NCBI GenBank assembly: GCA_000025185.1 | Contig: CP001848.1 | Span: forward strand, 3,600,001-3,632,000 | Direction: 5' to 3' | Origin: Pirellula staleyi DSM 6068 | GTDB lineage: Bacteria > Planctomycetota > Planctomycetia > Pirellulales > Pirellulaceae | Length of the DNA: 32,000 bases | Shown here: in pieces, positions 1 through 8,355 of the stretch | Layout of the letters: every line of letters starts with the position of its first letter | Numbering within the stretch: the first letter of the stretch is position 1 | Notes under the pieces: generated by a model | What the model saw: the letters and a program-made list of their open reading frames with translations, nothing else | Told to the model about the DNA's origin: nothing | The model's database searches: none | Made by a program: the position numbers and the translations under genes

Positions 1-603
1 GTTTTGAAAGATCTCGGCCACCTTCGAGGGCATCGGATCGATGTTCAGCTGACCCGAAAAAAACGCCACCGCCTCGGCCAAACTGCTCACCGGAATGATT
101 TCGAGCGATTCGACCACCGCAGCTTCGGCGGCGTTTTCGCGCGGGACTACCATGCCGACCAGATTTTTGTGTTTGGCCGCCTCAATCGCCATCGAGAGCG
201 CTCCCTTTACGGGACGCGCAGCACCATCGAGCGCCAGTTCGCCAATCGCCGCATAACGGGCCAGTTTGTCCGACTGCATCTGACCACTCGCCACCAGCAG
301 GCCGATGGTCATCGGCAGGTCGAACGAAGCTGCCTGCTTGGGAAGTTCTGCCGGGGCGAGATTGATCACCACCCGGTCGTTCGGCGGAATGAAGCCGCTG
401 TTGGCTATGGCGCGGGCCACACGATGCGTACTTTCGCGAACTGCGGCCTCCGGCAGACCGACGAGCAACGTCTTGGGGAGAGCGCCCGCTGAGATATCGA
501 CCTCCACCTCGACCGGCACGGCGTCGATGCCCAGTAGAGAAAACGTTTGAAGTTTGGCGAGCATTCGATCCCCGTAAAGATGGGTGGTGGATTCGACGCT
601 CAT
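1..603 (-). CDS. comM: YifB/ComM-family Mg-chelatase-like AAA ATPase, N-terminal part only (gene continues past the left edge)
   Basis: This ORF is absent from the supplied track because it has no stop inside the window. The reverse-strand frame that ends exactly at base 1 reads MSVESTTHLYGDR-MLAKLQTFSLLGIDAVPVEVEVDISAGALPKTLLVGLPEAAVRESTHRVARAIANSGFIPPNDRVVINLAPAELPKQAASFDLPMTIGLLVASGQMQ... This matches my recollection of the YifB/ComM N-terminal domain (GLPE..V.E...RV..AI.NSG...P...I.INLAPA.LPK....DLP.AI.LL.AS). The start is ATG 603..601 or the more family-typical ATG 564..562. Track ORFs 4..492(+) and 182..712(-) are shadow frames of this gene. Confidence 0.8.
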   Translation of the reverse strand, partial: MSVESTTHLYGDRMLAKLQTFSLLGIDAVPVEVEVDISAGALPKTLLVGLPEAAVRESTHRVARAIANSGFIPPNDRVVINLAPAELPKQAASFDLPMTIGLLVASGQMQSDKLARYAAIGELALDGAARPVKGALSMAIEAAKHKNLVGMVVPRENAAEAAVVESLEIIPVSSLAEAVAFFSGQLNIDPMPSKVAEIFQN

Positions 604-884
604 TCTGGTGGTGTCTGGTAGCGCTCGCAAGGGTAAATGAGAAAAAACGCCTCTCGCGAAAATCCCGGGTCAGGGTGGCGCGTTTGGGGAGGGGTTCGAA
701 AGGATCGATCAAAAAAGCTTGATCCTCGCGCGAGAACGTCTACACTTGCCGCCACCCCTTTAGAAAGTTTCGTACGCATGATCGCGAACCGAAGCTCTCT
801 CCCACCGATCGATCGCGGCCAGTTAGCAATGAAAGCGATCTGCCGTTGAAAACTACAACGCCAACTTCGAAAACGCCTGCGCCG

Positions 885-1187
885 ATGGCGCGCGAGGAAG
901 ATCCGCTGCTGATCAACGCGCGGCGCGAAGCGCTGCTGGTGCTCGCCACGTGGATCATCGCCGGCACGTTCAGCGTGTCGTACTGCTACCTCTACGGCTA
1001 CGGACTCACCCCCGAGCAGTTGCATTTCACGCTCGGTTTTCCGTCGTGGATTCTCTATGGCGTGGTGATCCCTTGGGTCACATGGGCGATCCTCTCGTTT
1101 GTGATTTCGACTTTCGTGATGCAGGGAGATGCACTCGGAGCCGAAGCTGGCGATTCACTTGCGGGTGAGGATTTCGATGAACTGTAA
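885..1187 (+). CDS. small two-helix membrane protein, DUF997/YhdT-like partner of the downstream symporter
   Basis: The track ORF is 846..1187 (TTG start); I prefer ATG 885. MAREEDPLLINARREALLVLATWIIAGTF...GFPSWILYGVVIPWVTWAILSFVISTFV gives two hydrophobic helices in about 100 aa. Its stop (1185..1187) lies 11 nt inside the symporter ORF that starts at ATG 1177. This is the arrangement known for yhdT-panF. Confidence 0.6.
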   Translation: MAREEDPLLINARREALLVLATWIIAGTFSVSYCYLYGYGLTPEQLHFTLGFPSWILYGVVIPWVTWAILSFVISTFVMQGDALGAEAGDSLAGEDFDEL

Positions 1188-2850
1188 GCTTCCGATCATC
1201 GCGCTACTGGCCGAAGTCGACGCCTCTCCCAAGACCGGTTTGGGGATGGTCTTCGCCCTGCTGCTGTTCATTGCAGCCTCCGTTTGGCTCGGCACACTGG
1301 CCCAGCGCGTGGTTCGCCGCAGCACGTTTGTGAAAGGCTTTTTCCTCGGCAATCGAGGACTCGGCGCTTGGGCCATCGCCCTCACAGCCACCGTGCAAAG
1401 TGGTGGCACGTTCATGGGCTTTCCCTCGCTCGTCTACACGCATGGCTGGATCGTGGCGCTCTGGATTGGCAGCTATATGGTGGTGCCAATCACCGGCTTC
1501 GGCCTGATTGGGAAGAGAATCGCGCAGCTGTCGCGGCGGACCGGCGCAGTGACGATGCCCGAACTTTTCCGCGAGCGTTTCGATAGCCCTGTGCTTGGGC
1601 TCATCGCGTCGCTGATGATCATCAGCTTCATGTCGATCATGATGGTGGCCCAGTTCAAAGCGGGTGCCGTTGTGATGAAGCACGCATGGCCCGGCAGCGA
1701 TATTGCCTCGATGGGGGAATCGGAAACAACTTCCGATGTCGATTCACGATTTCTGATCGGCCTGGCTGTCTTTGCAATCACGGTGGTGGGCTACACGCTG
1801 ATTGGCGGCTTTCTTGCAGCGGTTTGGACCGATTTGTTTCAAAGCGTAATGATGTTCCTGGGGGTCGTGCTGCTCCTATTCCTGGCGATTAACGCGGCAG
1901 GTGGGCTCGAAAACGCAACGCGCAACGCGGTGGCTGCCACCGACATCACCTATGCCAGTGGCCCCGGCTATGCGCCCGATGGTCGTCAGTTTTTGCCCCT
2001 CACGCTCGCGATTTCATTTTTCTGCTTCTGGCCATCGACCGGTTTTTCGTCGCCAGCTGGTATTGTCAGGATCATGGCCTGCAAAGATACCAAGACGATT
2101 CGCCACTCGATCTTTTTGCTCTGTGCCTACAACCTGGGCATCTATCTTCCGCTAATTTGCATCTGCGTTTGTGCGCGGTCGATTCTTCCGAATCTGGCCA
2201 AAAGCGATGGTGTGATTCCGGTGATCGCGATCTATCTGACGAAAGATTTTCCGCTCGGCAATTTGCTAGCCGGGCTGATTCTCGCTGCCCCCTTTGGAGC
2301 GGTGATGGCGACGGTTAGTTCGTACCTGGTGGTGATTGCGTCGGGACTGGTGCGCGACATCTATCAACGTTTCATTAACCCCGCTGCTAGTGAACTTCAG
2401 CTGCAGCGAGCAGCCTGGATCACGATGATTACGGTCGGCGTGATTGCCGTGGGGTTTAACATTCAGCCGGTGGCGTTCCTGCAGGCGATTGTTGTGTTCT
2501 CGACCGGGTGCGCTGGGGCCTCGTTTATTGTGCCGACCGTGATGCTCTGCTACTGGCGGCGCGCCACAGCAGCGGGGGTGATTGCGTCGATGTTCACCGG
2601 CGCTGCCACCGTGCTGACCCTCTATCTGATCGGCTTCATGAGCCCCGACCCAATGATCGGACAAGCGACCGCGCTTAGGCCCTATTTTCTCTTCGGAATG
2701 GAGCCGCTGATTTGGGGCGTTAGCGCTTCGGCTATCGTCGGTACGCTCGTGAGCGCACTAACCGAGCCCCCAGCAAACGAGCGCTTATCGCTCTGGTTCG
2801 ACAAACAACCGGAACCATCTCCGGTCGAAGAGGTCGCGGCTTCTTCGTAA
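1177..2850 (+). CDS. sodium:solute symporter (SSS family), PanF-like
   Basis: The track ORF is 1129..2850. The likely start is ATG 1177 (MNCKLPIIALL...), which overlaps the end of the upstream small gene. The protein is polytopic with about 13 hydrophobic segments. The N-terminal pattern FFLGNRGLGAWAIALTATVQSGGTFMGFPSLVYTHGW is typical of SSS/PanF/PutP-type carriers. Substrate cannot be assigned from sequence. Confidence 0.85.
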   Translation: MNCKLPIIALLAEVDASPKTGLGMVFALLLFIAASVWLGTLAQRVVRRSTFVKGFFLGNRGLGAWAIALTATVQSGGTFMGFPSLVYTHGWIVALWIGSYMVVPITGFGLIGKRIAQLSRRTGAVTMPELFRERFDSPVLGLIASLMIISFMSIMMVAQFKAGAVVMKHAWPGSDIASMGESETTSDVDSRFLIGLAVFAITVVGYTLIGGFLAAVWTDLFQSVMMFLGVVLLLFLAINAAGGLENATRNAVAATDITYASGPGYAPDGRQFLPLTLAISFFCFWPSTGFSSPAGIVRIMACKDTKTIRHSIFLLCAYNLGIYLPLICICVCARSILPNLAKSDGVIPVIAIYLTKDFPLGNLLAGLILAAPFGAVMATVSSYLVVIASGLVRDIYQRFINPAASELQLQRAAWITMITVGVIAVGFNIQPVAFLQAIVVFSTGCAGASFIVPTVMLCYWRRATAAGVIASMFTGAATVLTLYLIGFMSPDPMIGQATALRPYFLFGMEPLIWGVSASAIVGTLVSALTEPPANERLSLWFDKQPEPSPVEEVAASS

Positions 2851-2854
2851 GCAG

Positions 2855-4552
2855 TTATTGCCCGATTCCGAGTGTCCACTTCCCCCACCAAAACGTGAAA
2901 AGGGGAATGAGGGCCACTGCTACCAAATCGAGTACGAGCCCCGCGCGGACCATGTCCGACACTTTTAAGTGGCCACTCCCAAACACGATGGCATTGGGGG
3001 GCGTTGCGACCGGAAGCATGAACCCGCAGCTTGCTGCGAGCGCTGCAGGAACCAGCAGCAGCATCGGGTCGATCTCGAGTCCAATCGCCACCTGGTAAAG
3101 AAGCGGCAGCACCGCTGTGGCGGTAGCGATGTTGCTTGCTAGTTCCGAGAATAGGATGACAGCCGCCACCAGCACCACCATGAGGAGCCAGGTCGGCAGC
3201 ACACGCAGCACCGTCACCTGTTGCCCGATCCAATTGGCGAGTCCTGTATCGTTCATCGCGACGGCGAGGCTGAGACCGCCCCCAAACAGCAGCAGTACAC
3301 CCCAGGGCAATTTGCTGGCGGTTCGCCAGTCGAGTGTGAACTCCCAGCTAGCCAGATTCACGGGCCACAGGAACAGGACCACCGCTCCTGCCATCGCGAT
3401 CCAGGCGTCATCGAGCGACTGGATACTCGGCACCCAGTCGACGAGCAGTTGCCATTTCACGATCTGCTCGCGCGTGATCCAGAGCAGAGAGATCACGAGA
3501 AAGACCGTGAGCACTTGCCATTCGCCCCGGCTCATCGGCCCTAGTTTACGCCACTCTTCTTCAAGTACTTGTTTGCTCCCCGAGGTCGACTGATTGCCGA
3601 GCGGGAAGAGCCAGTAAACAAGCGTGGCCCAGCCGATCGCGAGATAGACCATGGCAAATGGGCAAGCGAACAGCATCCACTGGGCAAACCCTAGTTCGAT
3701 CCCTTTTTCACGTACGAATCCCGCAAAAAAGACGTTTGGCGGTGTCCCCACGAGGGTTCCTACGCCACCGATACTCGCGGCATAGGCGACCCCCAGGAGC
3801 AAGCATTTGCCCAGCGCGCTGCTGGTAGACGAATCGCTTTTAGTGAGTGTCACCGAGGCCAGACTTACCTGAATCACCGAGAGTGCGATCGGCAGCATCA
3901 TCACGGTGGTGGCGGTGTTGCTGATCCAGAGACTGATGCCGGCGGTGGCCAGCATGAACCCAGCCACGAGACGTCGCGGCGCGGTTCCCACCGACAGTAG
4001 CACCAGCATCGCCACGCGACGATGCAGCCCCCAGCGTTCGAGCGCCGTGGCGATCATGAAGCCACCCATGAACAGAAAAATCGAGCGGTCGGCATAGGGA
4101 GTCGCGGCCCGCTGCACTGCCGATTCTTTGCTGAGCTGTTTACGCGGCAGCGTACGCTCGACTAGATCGCCATCGGGTATCGCAAACGCCAGGCGAAGCG
4201 TCTCCTTCTCGATGCTCAGCACCTGAGCCACCGCGCCGGTCGATTTCACGGTCACTTCGTCTCCCACACGTATCTTGTCGGTATAGATTCCGAGCAGTGG
4301 CAGGAGAATGATCGGAAGCAGCGAAGTCGCTTCGATTGCGATCGCCTCGGTCATCCACCAAATCGCCATCCAGATGCCGACTGCCGCCGTCGCGCGGCTC
4401 GGGTGATCGAGTCCGGCGGCGCCACTAGGAAGGAGGCTGTAAACCAGTAGCGCGGCAACTGGTCCGGCCAAGAGTCCCACACGCGGGATCCACGGCCAAG
4501 GGACCGATGTATCGGTAGAAGGGGGGAGAGTATCGGGCATGCGATCGTTCAC
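2855..4552 (-). CDS. SLC13/DASS-family (divalent anion:Na+ symporter-like) permease
   Basis: The 565-aa ORF is polytopic. AIWWMTEAIAIEATSLLPIILLPLLGI ... IFLFMGGFMIATALERWGLHRRVA and the C-terminal CGFMLPVATPPNAIVFGSGHL are the two hairpin/SNT-like signature regions I associate with DASS/SLC13 carriers. The start is GTG 4552 or ATG 4540. Confidence 0.8.
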   Translation of the reverse strand: MNDRMPDTLPPSTDTSVPWPWIPRVGLLAGPVAALLVYSLLPSGAAGLDHPSRATAAVGIWMAIWWMTEAIAIEATSLLPIILLPLLGIYTDKIRVGDEVTVKSTGAVAQVLSIEKETLRLAFAIPDGDLVERTLPRKQLSKESAVQRAATPYADRSIFLFMGGFMIATALERWGLHRRVAMLVLLSVGTAPRRLVAGFMLATAGISLWISNTATTVMMLPIALSVIQVSLASVTLTKSDSSTSSALGKCLLLGVAYAASIGGVGTLVGTPPNVFFAGFVREKGIELGFAQWMLFACPFAMVYLAIGWATLVYWLFPLGNQSTSGSKQVLEEEWRKLGPMSRGEWQVLTVFLVISLLWITREQIVKWQLLVDWVPSIQSLDDAWIAMAGAVVLFLWPVNLASWEFTLDWRTASKLPWGVLLLFGGGLSLAVAMNDTGLANWIGQQVTVLRVLPTWLLMVVLVAAVILFSELASNIATATAVLPLLYQVAIGLEIDPMLLLVPAALAASCGFMLPVATPPNAIVFGSGHLKVSDMVRAGLVLDLVAVALIPLFTFWWGKWTLGIGQ

Positions 4553-4557
4553 TCAAA

Positions 4558-4590
4558 GGCTCGTGCAATCCGCTGCACGTAAGACGAGCC
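4558..4590 (-). terminator. candidate stem-loop between the end of the TPR gene and the SLC13 start
   Basis: ggctcgt(4558-4564) pairs with acgagcc(4584-4590). An alternative inner stem is cgtgca(4562-4567)/tgcacg(4574-4579) with a 6-nt loop. On the minus strand the hairpin is followed only by TTTGAGT, so the U-tract is weak. It sits 5 nt from GTG 4552 and could equally be a leader structure. Confidence 0.3.
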
Positions 4591-4642
4591 CCAGAGAATA
4601 CCAACGATGTGTCGCGAGTTCACCCCAAAAACTTGGCAGAAA

Positions 4643-6262
4643 TCACTCTTCAGCGGCACCACCAAGAGTGACCGAGATTTTGTACTTCGTTTGCAAATGG
4701 GCATGCGCTTGGCTGGCATGGCCATCCTTCGGGAATTTTTTGCAGACGAGCTGAAACGCCTGAATCGCTGGTTCGGTTTGCCCCGCTTCTTCGCGCGTGT
4801 AGGCGATTTGCAACATTGCCCACGGGGCCGAACCGGCATCGCTCGCCACTTGCGAGTAGAGCGTAATCGCCTCCGCCGGTTGCTTTAGCTGACGATAGCA
4901 CCACGCCATCTGCTTGTAGTTCTCGGGGAAATTATCGCACTGACGAAAATGGCCAATCGCCTGGGCATGTTGACCCGCATCGCGAAACGTACAGCCGACT
5001 TCCCAGCGCCACCGATTGGCGTTGGCGACATCGTCGCGCACGAGCTGCTCGTACGTTGCCACCGCTTCCATCCACTTGCCTAGCTGGCGATAGGTGATGG
5101 CTAGTTCCGGTTTCACCTTCACCCCTTGCATCGGATCGACACCAAGGGCCTGCTGATACGTGGTGATGGCCTGCTCTGGGTTCTGCTGTTCGCGATAGGA
5201 ATAGGCCACGTTCATCAGCCCATCCACCTGCGAAGCAAAACGCTTGTAGGTCGTTCGGGCGGTGTCCCAGTCGTCTTGCGATTTGTACCACTGCGCCAGT
5301 CGCCCGAGCGCTTCATCATCAGCGCCAAAACGTTTGATCAGCGCCTCGTAAGCCGCTGGAACTTCCGTCTTCTGCTGCGAAGCTGCCAGCAAATCGATGA
5401 CACTTTGCGCTAGTTGTTTTGCAGCTGCTTTTCCCTCGGGAGTGCTCTCGTCGATTGCTGCACTCGACTTCAGATAAGCAATCGCTTGCTGAGCCAGTTT
5501 GAGCCCCTTGGCCTTCGACTCATCCGCGCGCATCTGCTCGGCGATTGGCTCGCGCACATAGGCGGCGACTTGAAACGGCAGTCGCGCTGCTTCATACGTG
5601 GTGGCGAGCGCTTTGACCCCTTCATCAAACGCCGCTTCTCGAAATTGGTAAACCGCAAGCTGCTGCGATGCCTGAATGCACACGTTTTGCGAATCGCGAT
5701 TGCGGGGCGTGTCGAATGTCAGCTTCTTCCACCACTCGACGCGCGAAGGAATATCGTTCTCGATCGTCGTGATGTCGATCAGCTGCTCGATCGCTTGCAC
5801 CGCTACTTGATGGGCCGGGTGATCCTTCACGAGGGCACGCAATGTTTTTTTCGCTTCGGCGACCCGGCCGATTTCTTTATACGTGCGCCCCATGTAGAAC
5901 TTCGCCGCGATCGCTTGCTGCGACTCGGGCCAATAGTCGATCACACTTTGGAAACCTTCTTTGATCGCTGTGTTCTGCTTCCGAAGTTGAACTTGCGCAA
6001 GGCTCCAGCGCAGCTGCGCGTGCGGCGCGCCGACACTCTCTTCGTAGAGCGATAGAAACTTCTCGTACTCCGCTGCTGCGACTTTATAGTCCTGATCGCG
6101 ATAATATTTTTCAGCGATTTGCAGCTGGTAGCGCTCCACTTCGCGAAGCTGTTTCCAGCTTTCCAGCGGCAACTCATGCAGCGGTTCCGCTAGCACAGGG
6201 CGCGCAGCCATGCAGGCAAATGTGCCGAGAATAATGAGCGAAACGAGCGTTTTCGCGATCAT
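4643..6262 (-). CDS. secreted TPR-repeat protein (last gene of the ExbBD cluster)
   Basis: The track ORF is 4643..6343 (GTG). I prefer ATG 6262..6260, which forms an ATGA overlap with the stop of the upstream gene and yields a signal-peptide-like N-terminus, MIAKTLVSLIILGTFACMAARPVLAEP. Many TPR-like units are visible, e.g. AEKYYRDQDYKVAAAEYEKFL, FYMGRTYKEIGRVAEAKKTLRALVKDHP, AYSYREQQNPEQAITTYQQAL, AWCYRQLKQPAEAITLYSQV and IAYTREEAGQTEPAIQAFQLVCKKFP. Confidence 0.75.
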   Translation of the reverse strand: MIAKTLVSLIILGTFACMAARPVLAEPLHELPLESWKQLREVERYQLQIAEKYYRDQDYKVAAAEYEKFLSLYEESVGAPHAQLRWSLAQVQLRKQNTAIKEGFQSVIDYWPESQQAIAAKFYMGRTYKEIGRVAEAKKTLRALVKDHPAHQVAVQAIEQLIDITTIENDIPSRVEWWKKLTFDTPRNRDSQNVCIQASQQLAVYQFREAAFDEGVKALATTYEAARLPFQVAAYVREPIAEQMRADESKAKGLKLAQQAIAYLKSSAAIDESTPEGKAAAKQLAQSVIDLLAASQQKTEVPAAYEALIKRFGADDEALGRLAQWYKSQDDWDTARTTYKRFASQVDGLMNVAYSYREQQNPEQAITTYQQALGVDPMQGVKVKPELAITYRQLGKWMEAVATYEQLVRDDVANANRWRWEVGCTFRDAGQHAQAIGHFRQCDNFPENYKQMAWCYRQLKQPAEAITLYSQVASDAGSAPWAMLQIAYTREEAGQTEPAIQAFQLVCKKFPKDGHASQAHAHLQTKYKISVTLGGAAEE

Positions 6263-7731
6263 TTGGTCGACTGTTTGGCCGCGAGCCATTTCGCATACTC
6301 CGAATGCGCGTAGTTGATCACGTTCGCGCCAAGTTGATAGCACGAGTTGTAAATTTCAGGCGAGACCCCTGCATGTCCATCCGACCAGGCGTCGCCGATG
6401 TCTCCCGGATGATAGTACGCCAACCAGCGACCATCCATCGACCAGCCGAGCGCTTCTTTGCCACCGTGAGGAGCCACGTAGGGAAACGTTCCAATCTGAA
6501 ACGGAACGCGGTGCAGCGTATCATCGAGTGGGATCGGCACAGGCCGCACTTCGGGGAGGACTCGATTCATCATCGCGACCACCTGGTTGTGAAAGTGGCG
6601 GCTCCCACCATTGTCGATGAACAGCATCCCATGCTTATCGACGAGATACTCGCGCAGCACTTTGATGTCGGAGTTCGAGGTGTTGATACTCCCCTGACCA
6701 GTCATGTAGACCAGCGGCGGACTTTGATAGAGCGGAAAGCTCGACAGCTGCGCGATGCGGCGCGATTCGGTCCGGTCGGAGACCTTCTGGCTCGTCAGGA
6801 GTCCGTACTCAAAGAGCATGTTCATATCGCCACCGACACCAAAATCTTGGTCCCAGTCGCCGCCATCATACTCGAGCCGAATGAAGCGGACTTTCCCTTG
6901 CTTGGTTCCACCAGCGAAGCCTGCGCCGGTTCCTTCACCATAGCCAATCTTGTAGGCGTGTTCGGTCACCTCTTGCAGTTCGAGTTTCACCTCATCGATC
7001 GGTGGTACTTCAAACTTGATTGCTGAAAACGGATTCACCACAAACTTTTTGCGGATCACTTTTTGGATCCGCACTGTTTGGGCCACTGTCTTTTGCTCTC
7101 CACCACCGGCCGGCATTTCGTAGGTCTCTTTACAGCCACCCACCTGCGAAAGTGAGAGCGCGACGAGCCAAAACAGCATGCTGTAGCTCAGCAGCAGCAG
7201 CGTCGACTGCTTAAGCTTCTGGCTTTTGCGACCGTAGTACCACGCATCCGGATCGACTGGATTCCAAATGGTCGCGGGCTTCGCGGCCGGTTGTTCTCGC
7301 GGCTGATGCGACTTGCGAATGCGCAGCACTTCTCGCTGTCGCGATCGATTCTCGAGCCAATAGACTGCCCAGCCGAGCCCGATGAAAAACGCGCCGCCAT
7401 TGCCGAACTGCGACAAAAACGACGTGAGGCCATACAGCCCCAGCAGATCGCAAAGGTAGACCGCTGCCGTCCAAATCGGCAGGTAGCCGAGGGTCAGCGC
7501 GAGTGGCCAGATGAGCGCCGACTGAAAATTCTGCGACCGTAAAAATGCGATCCAGGCGATCGCCAGAGGAATCGCCAGGGCGAAGATCGCGCCGAGAATC
7601 CACGATTCACTCGCGCCGAAGAATATCCAGCTGATCACGCCGAGCAACCACGCCGCGCCAAAGCCGAGCGTTGCTCGTGTGAGCATCATCGGCCAAGGTG
7701 GTGGAGGTGATAGGAGTGACTGGAGGTTCAC
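6259..7731 (-). CDS. polytopic membrane protein with C-terminal DUF4159-like domain
   Basis: This is a 490-aa ORF (GTG 7731; alternative ATG 7689). The N-terminal about 200 aa contain about 5 hydrophobic helices. The C-terminal about 230 aa (VRFIRLEYDGGDWDQDFG...PLVYMTGQGSINTSNSDIKVLREYLVDKHGMLFIDNGG...PLDDTLHRVPF...GDIGDAWSDGHAG) follow the DUF4159 pattern as I recall it: R..Y.GG.W. ... P.lymtG.g.f.fs..E...LR.YL..GGfl..D. ... l..dHPif. Confidence 0.65.
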   Translation of the reverse strand: MNLQSLLSPPPPWPMMLTRATLGFGAAWLLGVISWIFFGASESWILGAIFALAIPLAIAWIAFLRSQNFQSALIWPLALTLGYLPIWTAAVYLCDLLGLYGLTSFLSQFGNGGAFFIGLGWAVYWLENRSRQREVLRIRKSHQPREQPAAKPATIWNPVDPDAWYYGRKSQKLKQSTLLLLSYSMLFWLVALSLSQVGGCKETYEMPAGGGEQKTVAQTVRIQKVIRKKFVVNPFSAIKFEVPPIDEVKLELQEVTEHAYKIGYGEGTGAGFAGGTKQGKVRFIRLEYDGGDWDQDFGVGGDMNMLFEYGLLTSQKVSDRTESRRIAQLSSFPLYQSPPLVYMTGQGSINTSNSDIKVLREYLVDKHGMLFIDNGGSRHFHNQVVAMMNRVLPEVRPVPIPLDDTLHRVPFQIGTFPYVAPHGGKEALGWSMDGRWLAYYHPGDIGDAWSDGHAGVSPEIYNSCYQLGANVINYAHSEYAKWLAAKQSTK

Positions 7732-7789
7732 GGGAATGACTTGCGAAGTGGTGGGAATCAGTGAGCCTAAGAATCAAAACGCAAAGGAA

Positions 7790-8326
7790 CTAATCGAGCC
7801 CATCGATCAGTTTGTCGAGACTTCCATCGAGCGGATTTTTGTCAGCCGGTGCTGCTTTCGATTCGTCGATGCCGAGCACTTTAGCGGCTGCTGCGGGATC
7901 CGCTTCATCCGAAGCTGTGCTCGCGGGCGTTCCCGTCGATGCGGCCGAGGCTGAAGTATTGCCAGCTGACGATTCGCCTGATGTTGTTTCTGCAGCCGGC
8001 GCTTCTGCTGTCGCAGCGGGGGGGCTGACTACCTCAGGTTTCTTCGGGTTATTGGGACCCCACACGAGATAGGGAACAATCGTAAAGAAAGCGATGATCG
8101 CGATCGTGGCAAGAATCGCTTGCACCATGCTTTTGATGAGCAGGCTAGACGAGACGATTCCGACCACTTCCTGCGGCGAGCGTCCTCGCAGCTTCGACAA
8201 AAATTCGCGCAGTTCCGCTGCCGACGCCGAGCCATTTTGGTGCAAGTTTTTCAGCTCGCTCCCAAATCCGCGTGGGGTCGGAGTTGTTTTAGGGGATGGT
8301 TCCATCTCTTTTTTCCTCATCCGCAT
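7790..8326 (-). CDS. hypothetical single-pass membrane protein with a Pro/Ala/Ser/Thr-rich tail (syntenic position of TonB/TolA)
   Basis: This is a 178-aa ORF. It has a basic N-terminus (MRMRKKEMEP...), one hydrophobic helix (MVQAILATIAIIAFFTIVPYLVW), then a low-complexity stretch PKKPEVVSPPAATAEAPAAETTSGESSAGNTSASAASTGTPASTASDEADPAAAA and a short acidic C-terminus. I recognise no family motif. Confidence 0.6.
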   Translation of the reverse strand: MRMRKKEMEPSPKTTPTPRGFGSELKNLHQNGSASAAELREFLSKLRGRSPQEVVGIVSSSLLIKSMVQAILATIAIIAFFTIVPYLVWGPNNPKKPEVVSPPAATAEAPAAETTSGESSAGNTSASAASTGTPASTASDEADPAAAAKVLGIDESKAAPADKNPLDGSLDKLIDGLD

Positions 8327-8355
8327 GGATGCTTGGGTACAGCTAATTGGGCTGC

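Noticed and set aside
6263-6343. Upstream GTG start (6343) for the 4643.. TPR gene.
   Set aside because: It would overlap the DUF4159 gene by 85 nt and add a non-signal-like N-terminus. ATG 6262 gives an ATGA overlap and a clean signal peptide. The longer form is not excluded.
7860-8030. Apparent nucleotide-level repetitiveness (gc-rich gct/gcc/gca runs) in the 178-aa gene and around 10060-10130 in exbB.
   Set aside because: This reflects Ala/Pro/Ser/Thr/Glu low-complexity coding sequence in frame with the ORFs, not a tandem-repeat element.
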